From positions 21,142,001 to 21,206,000 of the forward strand of contig OZ059897.1 of the NCBI GenBank assembly GCA_964057225.1: a DNA stretch of 64,000 nt. The letters run 5' to 3'. This DNA is from Auanema rhodensis (Eukaryota > Animalia > Nematoda). The position numbers and the translations under genes were made by a program. The notes beneath the pieces were generated by a model, which was not told the DNA's origin, searched no databases, and was given only the letters and a program-made list of their open reading frames with translations. Below, in pieces: positions 52,601 through 64,000 of the stretch; positions within the stretch are counted from its first letter, which is position 1, and each line of letters begins with the position of its first letter.

Positions 52601-54875
52601 GAGTTTCCATGTACACTCAACATTGCTTCCAAAAACATTTTGACAAAAATTTTTTCGAAAAATTTCAGAATAATTTAGCAAAAAGTAGATGTTTTTAGAT
52701 TTCATTTTTCAAGGCAAAGACGATAGACAATGTTATTCAACGAAAAAATTAATTCTTCAGGGTGAAAATCGAGGATATAAGTGTGAACTGATATCAGTTG
52801 ATATCTCGGTGCATTTGCAAGCTAGCGCAAATCTGATAACACAGATCGACGCAGCTTAAAAATCCGCATCGAATGCACTATACTACATTGAGAAACGCTT
52901 GATACAAAAATTAGTCATGATCGTTTGAAAAATGATGCATTAGTGTATGTTGAGTTTCCATGTACACTCAACATTGCTTCCACAAACATTTTGACAAAAA
53001 TTTTTTCGAAAAATTTCAGAATAATTTAGCAAAAAGTAGATGTTTTTAGATTCCTTTTTTCAAGGCAAAGACGATAGACAATGTTATTCAACGAAAAAAT
53101 TAATTCTTCAGGGTGAAAATCGATGATATAAGTGTGAACTTATATCAGTTGATATCTCGGTGCATTTTTAAGCTAGCGCAAATCTGATAACACAGATCGA
53201 CGCAGCTTAAAAATTCGCATCGAATGCACTATACTACATTGAGAAACACTTGATACAAAAATTAGTTATGATCGTTTGAAAAATGATGCATTAGTGTATG
53301 TTGAGTTTCCATGTACACTCAACATTGCTTCCAAAAACATTTTGACAAAAATTTTTTCGAAAAATTTCAAAATAATTTAGCAAAAAGTAGATGTTTTTAG
53401 ATTCCATTTTTCAAGGCAAAGACGATGGACAATGTTATTCAACGAAAAAATTAATTCTTCAGGGTGAAAATCGAGGATATAAGTGTGAACTTATATCAGT
53501 TGATATCTCGGTGCATTTTTAAGCTAGCGCAAATCTGATAACACAGATCGACGCAGCTTAAAAATCCGCATCGAATGCACTATACTACATTAAGAAACGC
53601 TTAATACAAAAATTAGTTATGATCGTTTGAAAAATGATGCATTAGTGTATGTTGAGTTTCCATGTACACTCAACATTGCTTCCAAAAACATTTTGACAAA
53701 AATTTTTTCGAAAAATTTCGAAATAATTTAGCAAAAAGTAGATGTTTTTAGATTCCATTTTTCAAGGCAAAGACGATAGACAATGTTATTCAACGAAAAA
53801 ATTAATTCTTCAGGGTGAAAATCGAGGATATAAGTGTGAACTGATATCAGTTGATATCTCGGTGCATTTTCAAGCTAGCGCAAATCTGATAACACAGATC
53901 GACGCAGCTTAAAAATCCGCATCGAATGCACTATACTACATTGAGAAAAGCTTAATACAAAAATTAGTTATGATCGTTTGAAAAATGATGCATTAGTGTA
54001 TGTTGAGTTTCCATGTACACTCAACATTGCTTCCAAAAACATTTTGACAAAAATTTTTTCGAAAAATTTCGAAATATTTTAGCAAAAAGTAGATGTTTTT
54101 AGATTCCATTTTTCAAGGCAAAGACGATAGACAATGTTATTCAACGAAAAAATTAATTCTTCAGGGTGAAAATCGAGGATATAAGTGTGAACTGATATCA
54201 GTTGATATCTCGGTGCATTTTCAAGCTAGCGCAAATCTGATAACACAGATCGACGCAGCTTAAAAATCCGCATCGAATGCACTATACTACATTGAGAAAC
54301 GCTTGATACAAAAATTAGTTATGATCGTTTGAAAAATGATGCATTAGTGTATGTTGAGTTTCCATGTACACTCAACATTGCTTCCAAAAACATTTTGACA
54401 AAAATTTTTTCGAAAAATTTCAGAATAATTTAGCAAAAAGTAGATGTTTTTAGATTTCATTTTTCAAGGCAAAGACGATAGACAATGTTATTCAACGAAA
54501 AAATTAATTCTTCAGGGTGAAAATCGAGGATATAAGTGTGAACTGATATCAGTTGATATCTCGGTGCATTTGCAAGCTAGCGCAAATCTGATAACACAGA
54601 TCGACGCAGCTTAAAAATCCGCATCGAATGCACTATACTACATTGAGAAACGCTTGATACAAAAATTAGTCATGATCGTTTGAAAAATGATGCATTAGTG
54701 TATGTTGAGTTTCCATGTACACTCAACATTGCTTCCACAAACATTTTGACAAAAATTTTTTCGAAAAATTTCAGAATAATTTAGCAAAAAGTAGATGTTT
54801 TTAGATTCCTTTTTTCAAGGCAAAGACGATAGACAATGTTATTCAACGAAAAAATTAATTCTTCAGGGTGAAAAT
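49611..54875. repeat. 5-mer higher-order repeat, 3 near-identical copies (1755-bp period)
   Basis: CGATGATATA-starting monomers lie at 49611, 51366 and 53121, each followed by the same four monomer types. Confidence 0.9.
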
Positions 54876-57800
54876 CGAGGATATAAGTGTGAACTTATAT
54901 CAGTTGATATCTCGGTGCATTTTTAAGCTAGCGCAAATCTGATAACACAGATCGACGCAGCTTAAAAATCCGCATCGAATGCACTATACTACATTGAGAA
55001 ACGCTTAATACAAAAATTAGTTATGATCGTTTGAAAAATGATGCATTAGTGTATGTTGAGTTTCCATGTACACTCAACATTGCTTCCACAAACATTTTGA
55101 CAAAAATTTTTTCGAAAAATTTCAAAATAATTTAGCGAAAAGTAGATGTTTTTAGATTTCATTTTTCAAGGCAAAGACGATAGACAATGTTATTCAACGA
55201 AAAAATTAATTCTTCAGGGTGAAAATCGAGGATATAAGTGTGAACTGATATCAGTTGATATCTCGGTGCATTTTCAAGCTAGCGCAAATCTGATAACACA
55301 GATCGACGCAGCTTAAAAATCCGCATCAAATGCACTATACTACATTGAGAAACGCTTGATACAAAAATTAGTCATGATCGTTTGAAAAATGATGCATTAG
55401 TGTATGTTGAGTTTCCATGTACACTCAACATTGCTTCCAAAAACATTTTGACAAAAATTTTTTCGAAAAATTTCAAAATAATTTAGCAAAAAGTAGATGT
55501 TTTTAGATTCCATTTTTCAAGGCAAAGACGATGGACAATGTTATTCAACGAAAAAATTAATTCTTCAGGGTGAAAATCGAGGATATAAGTGTGAACTTAT
55601 ATCAGTTGATATCTCGGTGCATTTTTAAGCTAGCGCAAATCTGATAACACAGATCGACGCAGCTTAAAAATCCGGATCGAATGCACTATACTACATTGAA
55701 GAACGCTTAATACAAAAATTAGTTATAATCGTTTGAAAAATGATGCATTAGTGTATGTTGAGTTTCCATGTACACTCAACATTGCTTCCAAAAACATTTT
55801 GACAAAAATTTTTTCGAAAAATTTCAAAATAATTTAGCAAAAAGTAGATGTTTTTAGATTCCATTTTTCAAGGCAAAGACGATGGACAATGTTATTCAAC
55901 GAAAAAATTAATTCTTCAGGGTGAAAATCGAGGATATAAGTGTGAACTTATATCAGTTGATATCTCGGTGCATTTTTAAGCTAGCGCAAATCTGATAACA
56001 CAGATCGACGCAGCTTGAAAATCCGCATCGAATGCACTATACTACATTGAGAAACGCTTAATACAAAAATTAGTTATGATCGTTTGAAAAATGATGCATT
56101 AGTGTATGTTGAGTTTCCATGTACACTCAACATTGCTTCCAAAAACATTTTGACAAAAATTTTTTCGAAAAATTTCGAAATATTTTAGCAAAAAGTAGAT
56201 GTTTTTAGATTCCATTTTTCAAGGCAAAGACGATAGACAATGTTATTCAACGAAAAAATTAATTCTTCAGGGTGAAAATCGAGGATATAAGTGTGAACTG
56301 ATATCAGTTGATATCTCGGTGCATTTTCAAGCTAGCGCAAATCTGATAACACAGATCGACGCAGCTTAAAAATCCGCATCGAATGCACTATACTACATTG
56401 AGAAACGCTTGATACAAAAATTAGTTATGATCGTTTGAAAAATGATGCATTAGTGTATGTTGAGTTTCCATGTACACTCAACATTGCTTCCAAAAACATT
56501 TTGACAAAAATTTTTTCGAAAAATTTCAGAATAATTTAGCAAAAAGTAGATGTTTTTAGATTTCATTTTTCAAGGCAAAGACGATAGACAATGTTATTCA
56601 ACGAAAAAATTAATTCTTCAGGGTGAAAATCGAGGATATAAGTGTGAACTGATATCAGTTGATATCTCGGTGCATTTGCAAGCTAGCGCAAATCTGATAA
56701 CACAGATCGACGCAGCTTAAAAATCCGCATCGAATGCACTATACTACATTGAGAAACGCTTGATACAAAAATTAGTCATGATCGTTTGAAAAATGATGCA
56801 TTAGTGTATGTTGAGTTTCCATGTACACTCAACATTGCTTCCACAAACATTTTGACAAAAATTTTTTCGAAAAATTTCAGAATAATTTAGCAAAAAGTAG
56901 ATGTTTTTAGATTCCTTTTTTCAAGGCAAAGACGATAGACAATGTTATTCAACGAAAAAATTAATTCTTCAGGGTGAAAATCGAGGATATAAGTGTGAAC
57001 TTATATCAGTTGATATCTCGGTGCATTTTTAAGCTAGCGCAAATCTGATAACACAGATCGACGCAGCTTAAAAATCCGCATCGAATGCACTATACTACAT
57101 TGAGAAACGCTTGATACAAAAATTAGTCATGATCGTTTGAAAAATGATGCATTAGTGTATGTTGAGTTTCCATGTACACTCAACATTGCTTCCACAAACA
57201 TTTTGACAAAAATTTTTTCGAAAAATTTCAAAATAATTTAGCGAAAAGTAGATGTTTTTAGATTTCATTTTTCAAGGCAAAGACGATAGACAATGTTATT
57301 CAACGAAAAAATTAATTCTTCAGGGTGAAAATCGAGGATATAAGTGTGAACTGATATCAGTTGATATCTCGGTGCATTTTCAAGCTAGCGCAAATCTGAT
57401 AACACAGATCGACGCAGCTTAAAAATCCGCATCAAATGCACTATACTACATTGAGAAACGCTTGATACAAAAATTAGTCATGATCGTTTGAAAAATGATG
57501 CATTAGTGTATGTTGAGTTTCCATGTACACTCAACATTGCTTCCAAAAACATTTTGACAAAAATTTTTTCGAAAAATTTCAAAATAATTTAGCAAAAAGT
57601 AGATGTTTTTAGATTCCATTTTTCAAGGCAAAGACGATGGACAATGTTATTCAACGAAAAAATTAATTCTTCAGGGTGAAAATCGAGGATATAAGTGTGA
57701 ACTTATATCAGTTGATATCTCGGTGCATTTTTAAGCTAGCGCAAATCTGATAACACAGATCGACGCAGCTTAAAAATCCGGATCGAATGCACTATACTAC

Positions 57801-58034
57801 ATTGAAGAACGCTTAATACAAAAATTAGTTATAATCGTTTGAAAAATGATGCATTAGTGTATGTTGAGTTTCCATGTACACTCAACATTGCTTCCAAAAA
57901 CATTTTGACAAAAATTTTTTCGAAAAATTTCAAAATAATTTAGCAAAAAGTAGATGTTTTTAGATTCCATTTTTCAAGGCAAAGACGATGGACAATGTTA
58001 TTCAACGAAAAAATTAATTCTTCAGGGTGAAAAT
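53823..58034. repeat. 6-monomer tandem duplication (2106-bp offset)
   Basis: M155=M161, M156=M162, M157~M163, M158=M164 (CATCAAA), M159=M165 (CCGGA, GAAG). M160 has the 3' end of M154 and is the junction. Confidence 0.78.
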
Positions 58035-60140
58035 CGAGGATATAAGTGTGAACTTATATCAGTTGATATCTCGGTGCATTTTTAAGCTAGCGCAAATCTG
58101 ATAACACAGATCGACGCAGCTTAAAAATCCGCATCGAATGCACTATACTACATTGAGAAACGCTTAATACAAAAATTAGTTATGATCGTTTGAAAAATGA
58201 TGCATTAGTGTATGTTGAGTTTCCATGTACACTCAACATTGCTTCCAAAAACATTTTGACAAAAATTTTTTCGAAAAATTTCAAAATAATTTAGCAAAAA
58301 GTAGATGTTTTTAGATTCCATTTTTCAAGGCAAAGACGATGGACGATGTTATTCAACGGAAAAATTAATTCTTCAGGGTGAAAATCGAGGATATAAGTGT
58401 GAACTTATATCAGTTGATATCTCGGTGCATTTTTAAGCTAGCGCAAATCTGATAACACAGATCGACGCAGCTTAAAAATCCGGATCGAATGCACTATACT
58501 ACATTGAAGAACGCTTAATACAAAAATTAGTTATAATCGTTTGAAAAATGATGCATTAGTGTATGTTGAGTTTCCATGTACACTCAACATTGCTTCCAAA
58601 AACATTTTGACAAAAATTTTTTCGAAAAATTTCAAAATAATTTAGCAAAAAGTAGATGTTTTTAGATTCCATTTTTCAAGGCAAAGACGATGGACAATGT
58701 TATTCAACGAAAAAATTAATTCTTCAGGGTGAAAATCGAGGATATAAGTGTGAACTTATATCAGTTGATATCTCGGTGCATTTTTAAGCTAGCGCAAATC
58801 TGATAACACAGATCGACGCAGCTTAAAAATTCGCATCGAATGCACTATACTACATTGAAGAACGCTTAATACAAAAATTAGTTATGATCGTTTGAAAAAT
58901 GATGCATTAGTGTATGTTGAGTTTCCATGTACACTCAACATTGCTTCCAAAAACATTTTGACAAAAATTTTTTCGAAAAATTTCAAAATAATTTAGCAAA
59001 AAGTAGATGTTTTTAGATTCCATTTTTCAAGGCAAAGACGATGGACAATGTTATTCAACGAAAAAATTAATTCTTCAGGGTGAAAATCGAGGATATAAGT
59101 GTGAACTTATATCAGTTGATATCTCGGTGCATTTTTAAGCTAGCGCAAATCTGATAACACAGATCGACGCAGCTCAAAAATTCGCATCGAATGCACTATA
59201 CTACATTGAGAAACACTTGATACAAAAATTAGTTATGATCGTTTGAAAAATGATGCATTAGTGTATGTTGAGTTTCCATGTACACTCAACATTGCTTCCA
59301 AAAACATTTTGACAAAAATTTTTTCGAAAAATTTCAAAATAATTTAGCAAAAAGTAGATGTTTTTAGATTCCATTTTTCAAGGCAAAGACGATGGACAAT
59401 GTTATTCAACGAAAAAATTAATTCTTCAGGGTGAAAATCGAGGATATAAGTGTGAACTTATATCAGTTGATATCTCGGTGCATTTTTAAGCTAGCGCAAA
59501 TCTGATAACACAGATCGACGCAGCTTAAAAATCCGCTTCGAATGCACTATACTACATTGAGAAACGCTTAATACAAAAATTAGTTATGATCGTTTGAAAA
59601 ATGATGCATTAGTGTATGTTGAGTTTCCATGTACACTCAACATTGCTTCCAAAAACATTTTGACAAAAATTTTTTCGAAAAATTTCAAAATAATTTAGCA
59701 AAAAGTAGATGTTTTTAGATTCCATTTTTCAAGGCAAAGACGATGGACGATGTTATTCAACGGAAAAATTAATTCTTCAGGGTGAAAATCGAGGATATAA
59801 GTGTGAACTTATATCAGTTGATATCTCGGTGCATTTTTAAGCTAGCGCAAATCTGATAACACAGATCGACGCAGCTTAAAAATCCGCTTCGAATGCACTA
59901 TACTACATTGAGAAACGCTTAATACAAAAATTAGTTATGATCGTTTGAAAAATGATGCATTAGTGTATGTTGAGTTTCCATGTACACTCAACATTGCTTC
60001 CAAAAACATTTTGACAAAAATTTTTTCGAAAAATTTCGAAATAATTTAGCAAAAAGTAGATGTTTTTAGATTCCATTTTTCAAGGCAAAGACGATGGACG
60101 ATGTTATTCAACGGAAAAATTAATTCTTCAGGGTGAAAAT

Positions 60141-61542
60141 CGAGGATATAAGTGTGAACCTATATCAGTTGATATCTCGGTGCATTTTTAAGCTAGCGCA
60201 AATCTGATAACACAGATCGACGCAGCTTAAAAATCCGCATCGAATGCACTATTCTACATTGAGAAACGCTTGATACAAAAATTAGTTATGATCGTTTGAA
60301 AAATGATGCATTAGTGTATGTTGAGTTTCCATGTACACTCAACATTGCTTCCAAAAACATTTTGACAAAAATTTTTCGAAAAATTTTAGAATAATTTAGC
60401 AAAAAGTAGATGTTTTTAGATTTCATTTTTCAAGGCAAAGACGATAGACAATGTTATTCAACGAAAAAATTAATTCTTCAGGGTGAAAATCGAGGATATA
60501 AGTGTGAACCTATATCAGTTGATATCTCGGTGCATTTTCAAGCTAGCGCAAATCTGATAACACAGATCGACGCAGCTTAAAAATCCGCATCGAATGCACT
60601 ATACTACATTGAGAAAAGCTTAATACAAAAATTAGTTATGATCGTTTGAAAAATGATGCATTAGTGTATGTTGAGTTTCCATGTACACTCAACATTGCTT
60701 CCAAAAACATTTTGACAAAAATTTTTTCGAAAAATTTCAGAATAATTTAGCAAAAAGTAGATGTTTTTAGATTCCTTTTTTCAAGGCAAAGACGATAGAC
60801 AATGTTATTCAACGAAAAAATTAATTCTTCAGGGTGAAAATCGAGGATATAAGTGTGAACTGATATCAGTTGATATCTCGGTGCATTTTCAAGCTAGCGC
60901 AAATCTGATAACACAGATCGACGCAGCTTAAAAATCCGCATCGAATGCACTATTCTACATTGAGAAACGCTTGATACAAAAATTAGTTATGATCGTTTGA
61001 AAAATGATGCATTAGTGTATGTTGAGTTTCCATGTACACTCAACATTGCTTCCAAAAACATTTTGACAAAAATTTTTCGAAAAATTTTAGAATAATTTAG
61101 CAAAAAGTAGATGTTTTTAGATTTCATTTTTCAAGGCAAAGACGATAGACAATGTTATTCAACGAAAAAATTAATTCTTCAGGGTGAAAATCGAGGATAT
61201 AAGTGTGAACCTATATCAGTTGATATCTCGGTGCATTTTCAAGCTAGCGCAAATCTGATAACACAGATCGACGCAGCTTAAAAATCCGCATCGAATGCAC
61301 TATACTACATTGAGAAAAGCTTAATACAAAAATTAGTTATGATCGTTTGAAAAATGATGCATTAGTGTATGTTGAGTTTCCATGTACACTCAACATTGCT
61401 TCCAAAAACATTTTGACAAAAATTTTTTCGAAAAATTTCAGAATAATTTAGCAAAAAGTAGATGTTTTTAGATTCCTTTTTTCAAGGCAAAGACGATAGA
61501 CAATGTTATTCAACGAAAAAATTAATTCTTCAGGGTGAAAAT
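60141..61542. repeat. 2-mer higher-order repeat (350+351 = 701 bp)
   Basis: Monomers at 60141 and 60842 share a 1-bp T deletion and CTATTCTAC; monomers at 60491 and 61192 share AACCTA and GAGAAAAG. Confidence 0.82.
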
Positions 61543-64000
61543 CGAGGATATAAGTGTGAACTGATATCAGTTGATATCTCGGTGCATTTTCAAGCTAGCG
61601 CAAATCTGATAACACAGATCGACGCAGCTTAAAAATCCGCATCGAATGCACTATACTACATTGAGAAAAGCTTAATACAAAAATTAGTTATGATCGTTTG
61701 AAAAATGATGCATTAGTGTATGTTGAGTTTCCATGTACACTCAACATTGCTTCCAAAAACATTTTGACAAAAATTTTTTCGAAAAATTTCAGAATAATTT
61801 AGCAAAAAGTAGATGTTTTTAGATTCCTTTTTTCAAGGCAAAGACGATAGACAATGTTATTCAACGAAAAAATTAATTCTTCAGGGTGAAAATCGAGGAT
61901 ATAAGTGTGAACTGATATCAGTTGATATCTCGGTGCATTTTCAAGCTAGCGCAAATCTGATAACACAGATCGACGCAGCTTAAAAATCCGCATCGAATGC
62001 ACTATACTACATTGAGAAACGCTCAATACAAAAATTAGTTATGATCGTTTGAAAAATGATGCATTAGTGTATGTTGAGTTTCCATGTACACTCAACATTG
62101 CTTCCAAAAACATTTTGACAAAAATTTTTTCGAAAAATTTCGAAATATTTTAGCAAAAAGTAGATGTTTTTAGATTCCATTTTTCAAGGCAAAGACGATA
62201 GACAATGTTATTCAACGAAAAAATTAATTCTTCAGGGTGAAAATCGAGGATATAAGTGTGAACTGATATCAGTTGATATCTCGGTGCATTTTCAAGCTAG
62301 CGCAAATCTGATAACACAGATCGACGCAGCTTAAAAATCCGCATCGAATGCACTATACTACATTGAGAAACGCTTGATACAAAAATTAGTCATGATCGTT
62401 TGAAAAATGATGCATTAGTGTATGTTGAGTTTCCATGTACACTCAACATTGCTTCCACAAACATTTTGACAAAAATTTTTTCGAAAAATTTCAGAATAAT
62501 TTAGCAAAAAGTAGATGTTTTTAGATTCCTTTTTTCAAGGCAAAGACGATAGACAATGTTATTCAACGAAAAAATTAATTCTTCAGGGTGAAAATCGAGG
62601 ATATAAGTGTGAACTTATATCAGTTGATATCTCGGTGCATTTTTAAGCTAGCGCAAATCTGATAACACAGATCGACGCAGCTTAAAAATCCGCATCGAAT
62701 GCACTATACTACATTGAGAAACGCTTAATACAAAAATTAGTTATGATCGTTTGAAAAATGATGCATTAGTGTATGTTGAGTTTCCATGTACACTCAACAT
62801 TGCTTCCACAAACATTTTGACAAAAATTTTTTCGAAAAATTTCAAAATAATTTAGCGAAAAGTAGATGTTTTTAGATTTCATTTTTCAAGGCAAAGACGA
62901 TAGACAATGTTATTCAACGAAAAAATTAATTCTTCAGGGTGAAAATCGAGGATATAAGTGTGAACTGATATCAGTTGATATCTCGGTGCATTTTCAAGCT
63001 AGCGCAAATCTGATAACACAGATCGACGCAGCTTAAAAATCCGCATCAAATGCACTATACTACATTGAGAAACGCTTGATACAAAAATTAGTCATGATCG
63101 TTTGAAAAATGATGCATTAGTGTATGTTGAGTTTCCATGTACACTCAACATTGCTTCCAAAAACACTTTGACAAAAATTTTTTCGAAAAATTTCAGAATA
63201 ATTTAGCAAAAAGTAGATGTTTTTAGATTTCATTTTTCAAGGCAAAGACGATAGACAATGTTATTCAACGAAAAAATTAATTCTTCAGGGTGAAAATCGA
63301 GGATATAAGTGTGAACTGATATCAGTTGATATCTCGGTGCATTTTCAAGCTAGCGCAAATCTGATAACACAGATCGACGCAGCTTAAAAATCCGCATCGA
63401 ATGCACTATACTACATTGAGAAACGCTCAATACAAAAATTAGTTATGATCGTTTGAAAAATGATGCATTAGTGTATGTTGAGTTTCCATGTACACTCAAC
63501 ATTGCTTCCAAAAACATTTTGACAAAAATTTTTTCGAAAAATTTCAGAATAATTTAGCAAAAAGTAGATGTTTTTAGATTTCATTTTTCAAGGCAAAGAC
63601 GATAGACAATGTTATTCAACGAAAAAATTGATTCTTCAGGGTGAAAATCGAGGATATAAGTGTGAACTGATATCAGTTGATATCTCGGTGCATTTTCAAG
63701 CTAGCGCAAATCTGATAACACAGATCGACGCAGCTTAAAAATCCGCATCAAATGCACTATACTACATTGAGAAAAGCTTAATACAAAAATTAGTTATGAT
63801 CGTTTGAAAAATGATGCATTAGTGTATGTTGAGTTTCCATGTACACTCAACATTGCTTCCACAAACATTTTGACAAAAATTTTTTCGAAAAATTTCAAAA
63901 TAATTTTGCAAAAAGTAGATGTTTTTAGATTTCATTTTTCAAGGCAAAGACGATAGACAATGTTATTCAACGAAAAAATTAATTCTTCAGGGTGAAAATC

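Larger units (their letters stand above)
1..64000. repeat. Tandem satellite DNA array with a 351-bp AT-rich monomer, 182 copies, single orientation, running off both window edges
   Basis: The motif CGAGGATATAAGTG recurs at 1, 352, 703, ... 3511, 7021, 14041, 21061, 28081 with an exact 351 period, then with 360/352/350 variants to 63649. 182x351 + 13x9 + 2 - 2 = 63999, matching the last monomer end. Each consensus monomer has single GATATC (EcoRV), GCTAGC (NheI), ATGCAT (NsiI) and TGTACA (BsrGI) sites. Confidence 0.99.

Noticed and set aside
1-64000. CRISPR array or other repeat-spacer system
   Set aside because: There are no unique spacers; the full monomer is repeated at very high identity.
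1-64000. Tandem 5S rRNA, tRNA, snRNA or spliced-leader gene array
   Set aside because: I recognised no such RNA sequence, Pol III A/B boxes or cloverleaf on either strand; this was by eye, not by covariance-model search.

Overview
The whole 64-kb window is one uninterrupted head-to-tail satellite array, with no genes, RNA genes, transposon insertions, inversions or array boundaries. Tracking the motif CGAGGATATAAGTG gives 182 monomers plus 1 base: 165 x 351 bp, 13 x 360 bp (9-bp duplication GATATCTCG), 2 x 352 bp and 2 x 350 bp. By hand count monomer 1 is about 31% GC with 12 CpGs (observed/expected about 1.4), which fits heterochromatic or centromeric satellite DNA from a eukaryote with little CpG methylation, such as an insect or nematode. 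I could not name the family or species. Monomers differ at only a few positions. Shared variants reveal short-lived higher-order repeats (2-, 3-, 4-, 5-, 6-, 9-, 11- and 13-mers), a ~6-7 kb block duplication, chimeric junction monomers and three haplotype domains. The monomer is rich in inverted repeats, including a 9-bp stem closed by a GNRA tetraloop, a ~59-nt imperfect hairpin and a near-invariant 9-bp stem. Many independent variants convert quasi-palindromes into perfect palindromes, which suggests template-switch mutagenesis. The two ORFs in the track are chance read-throughs of the repeat. I found no support for a new protein-coding system. M1, M2 etc. number the monomers from base 1, and 'pos' means position within the 351-bp monomer.
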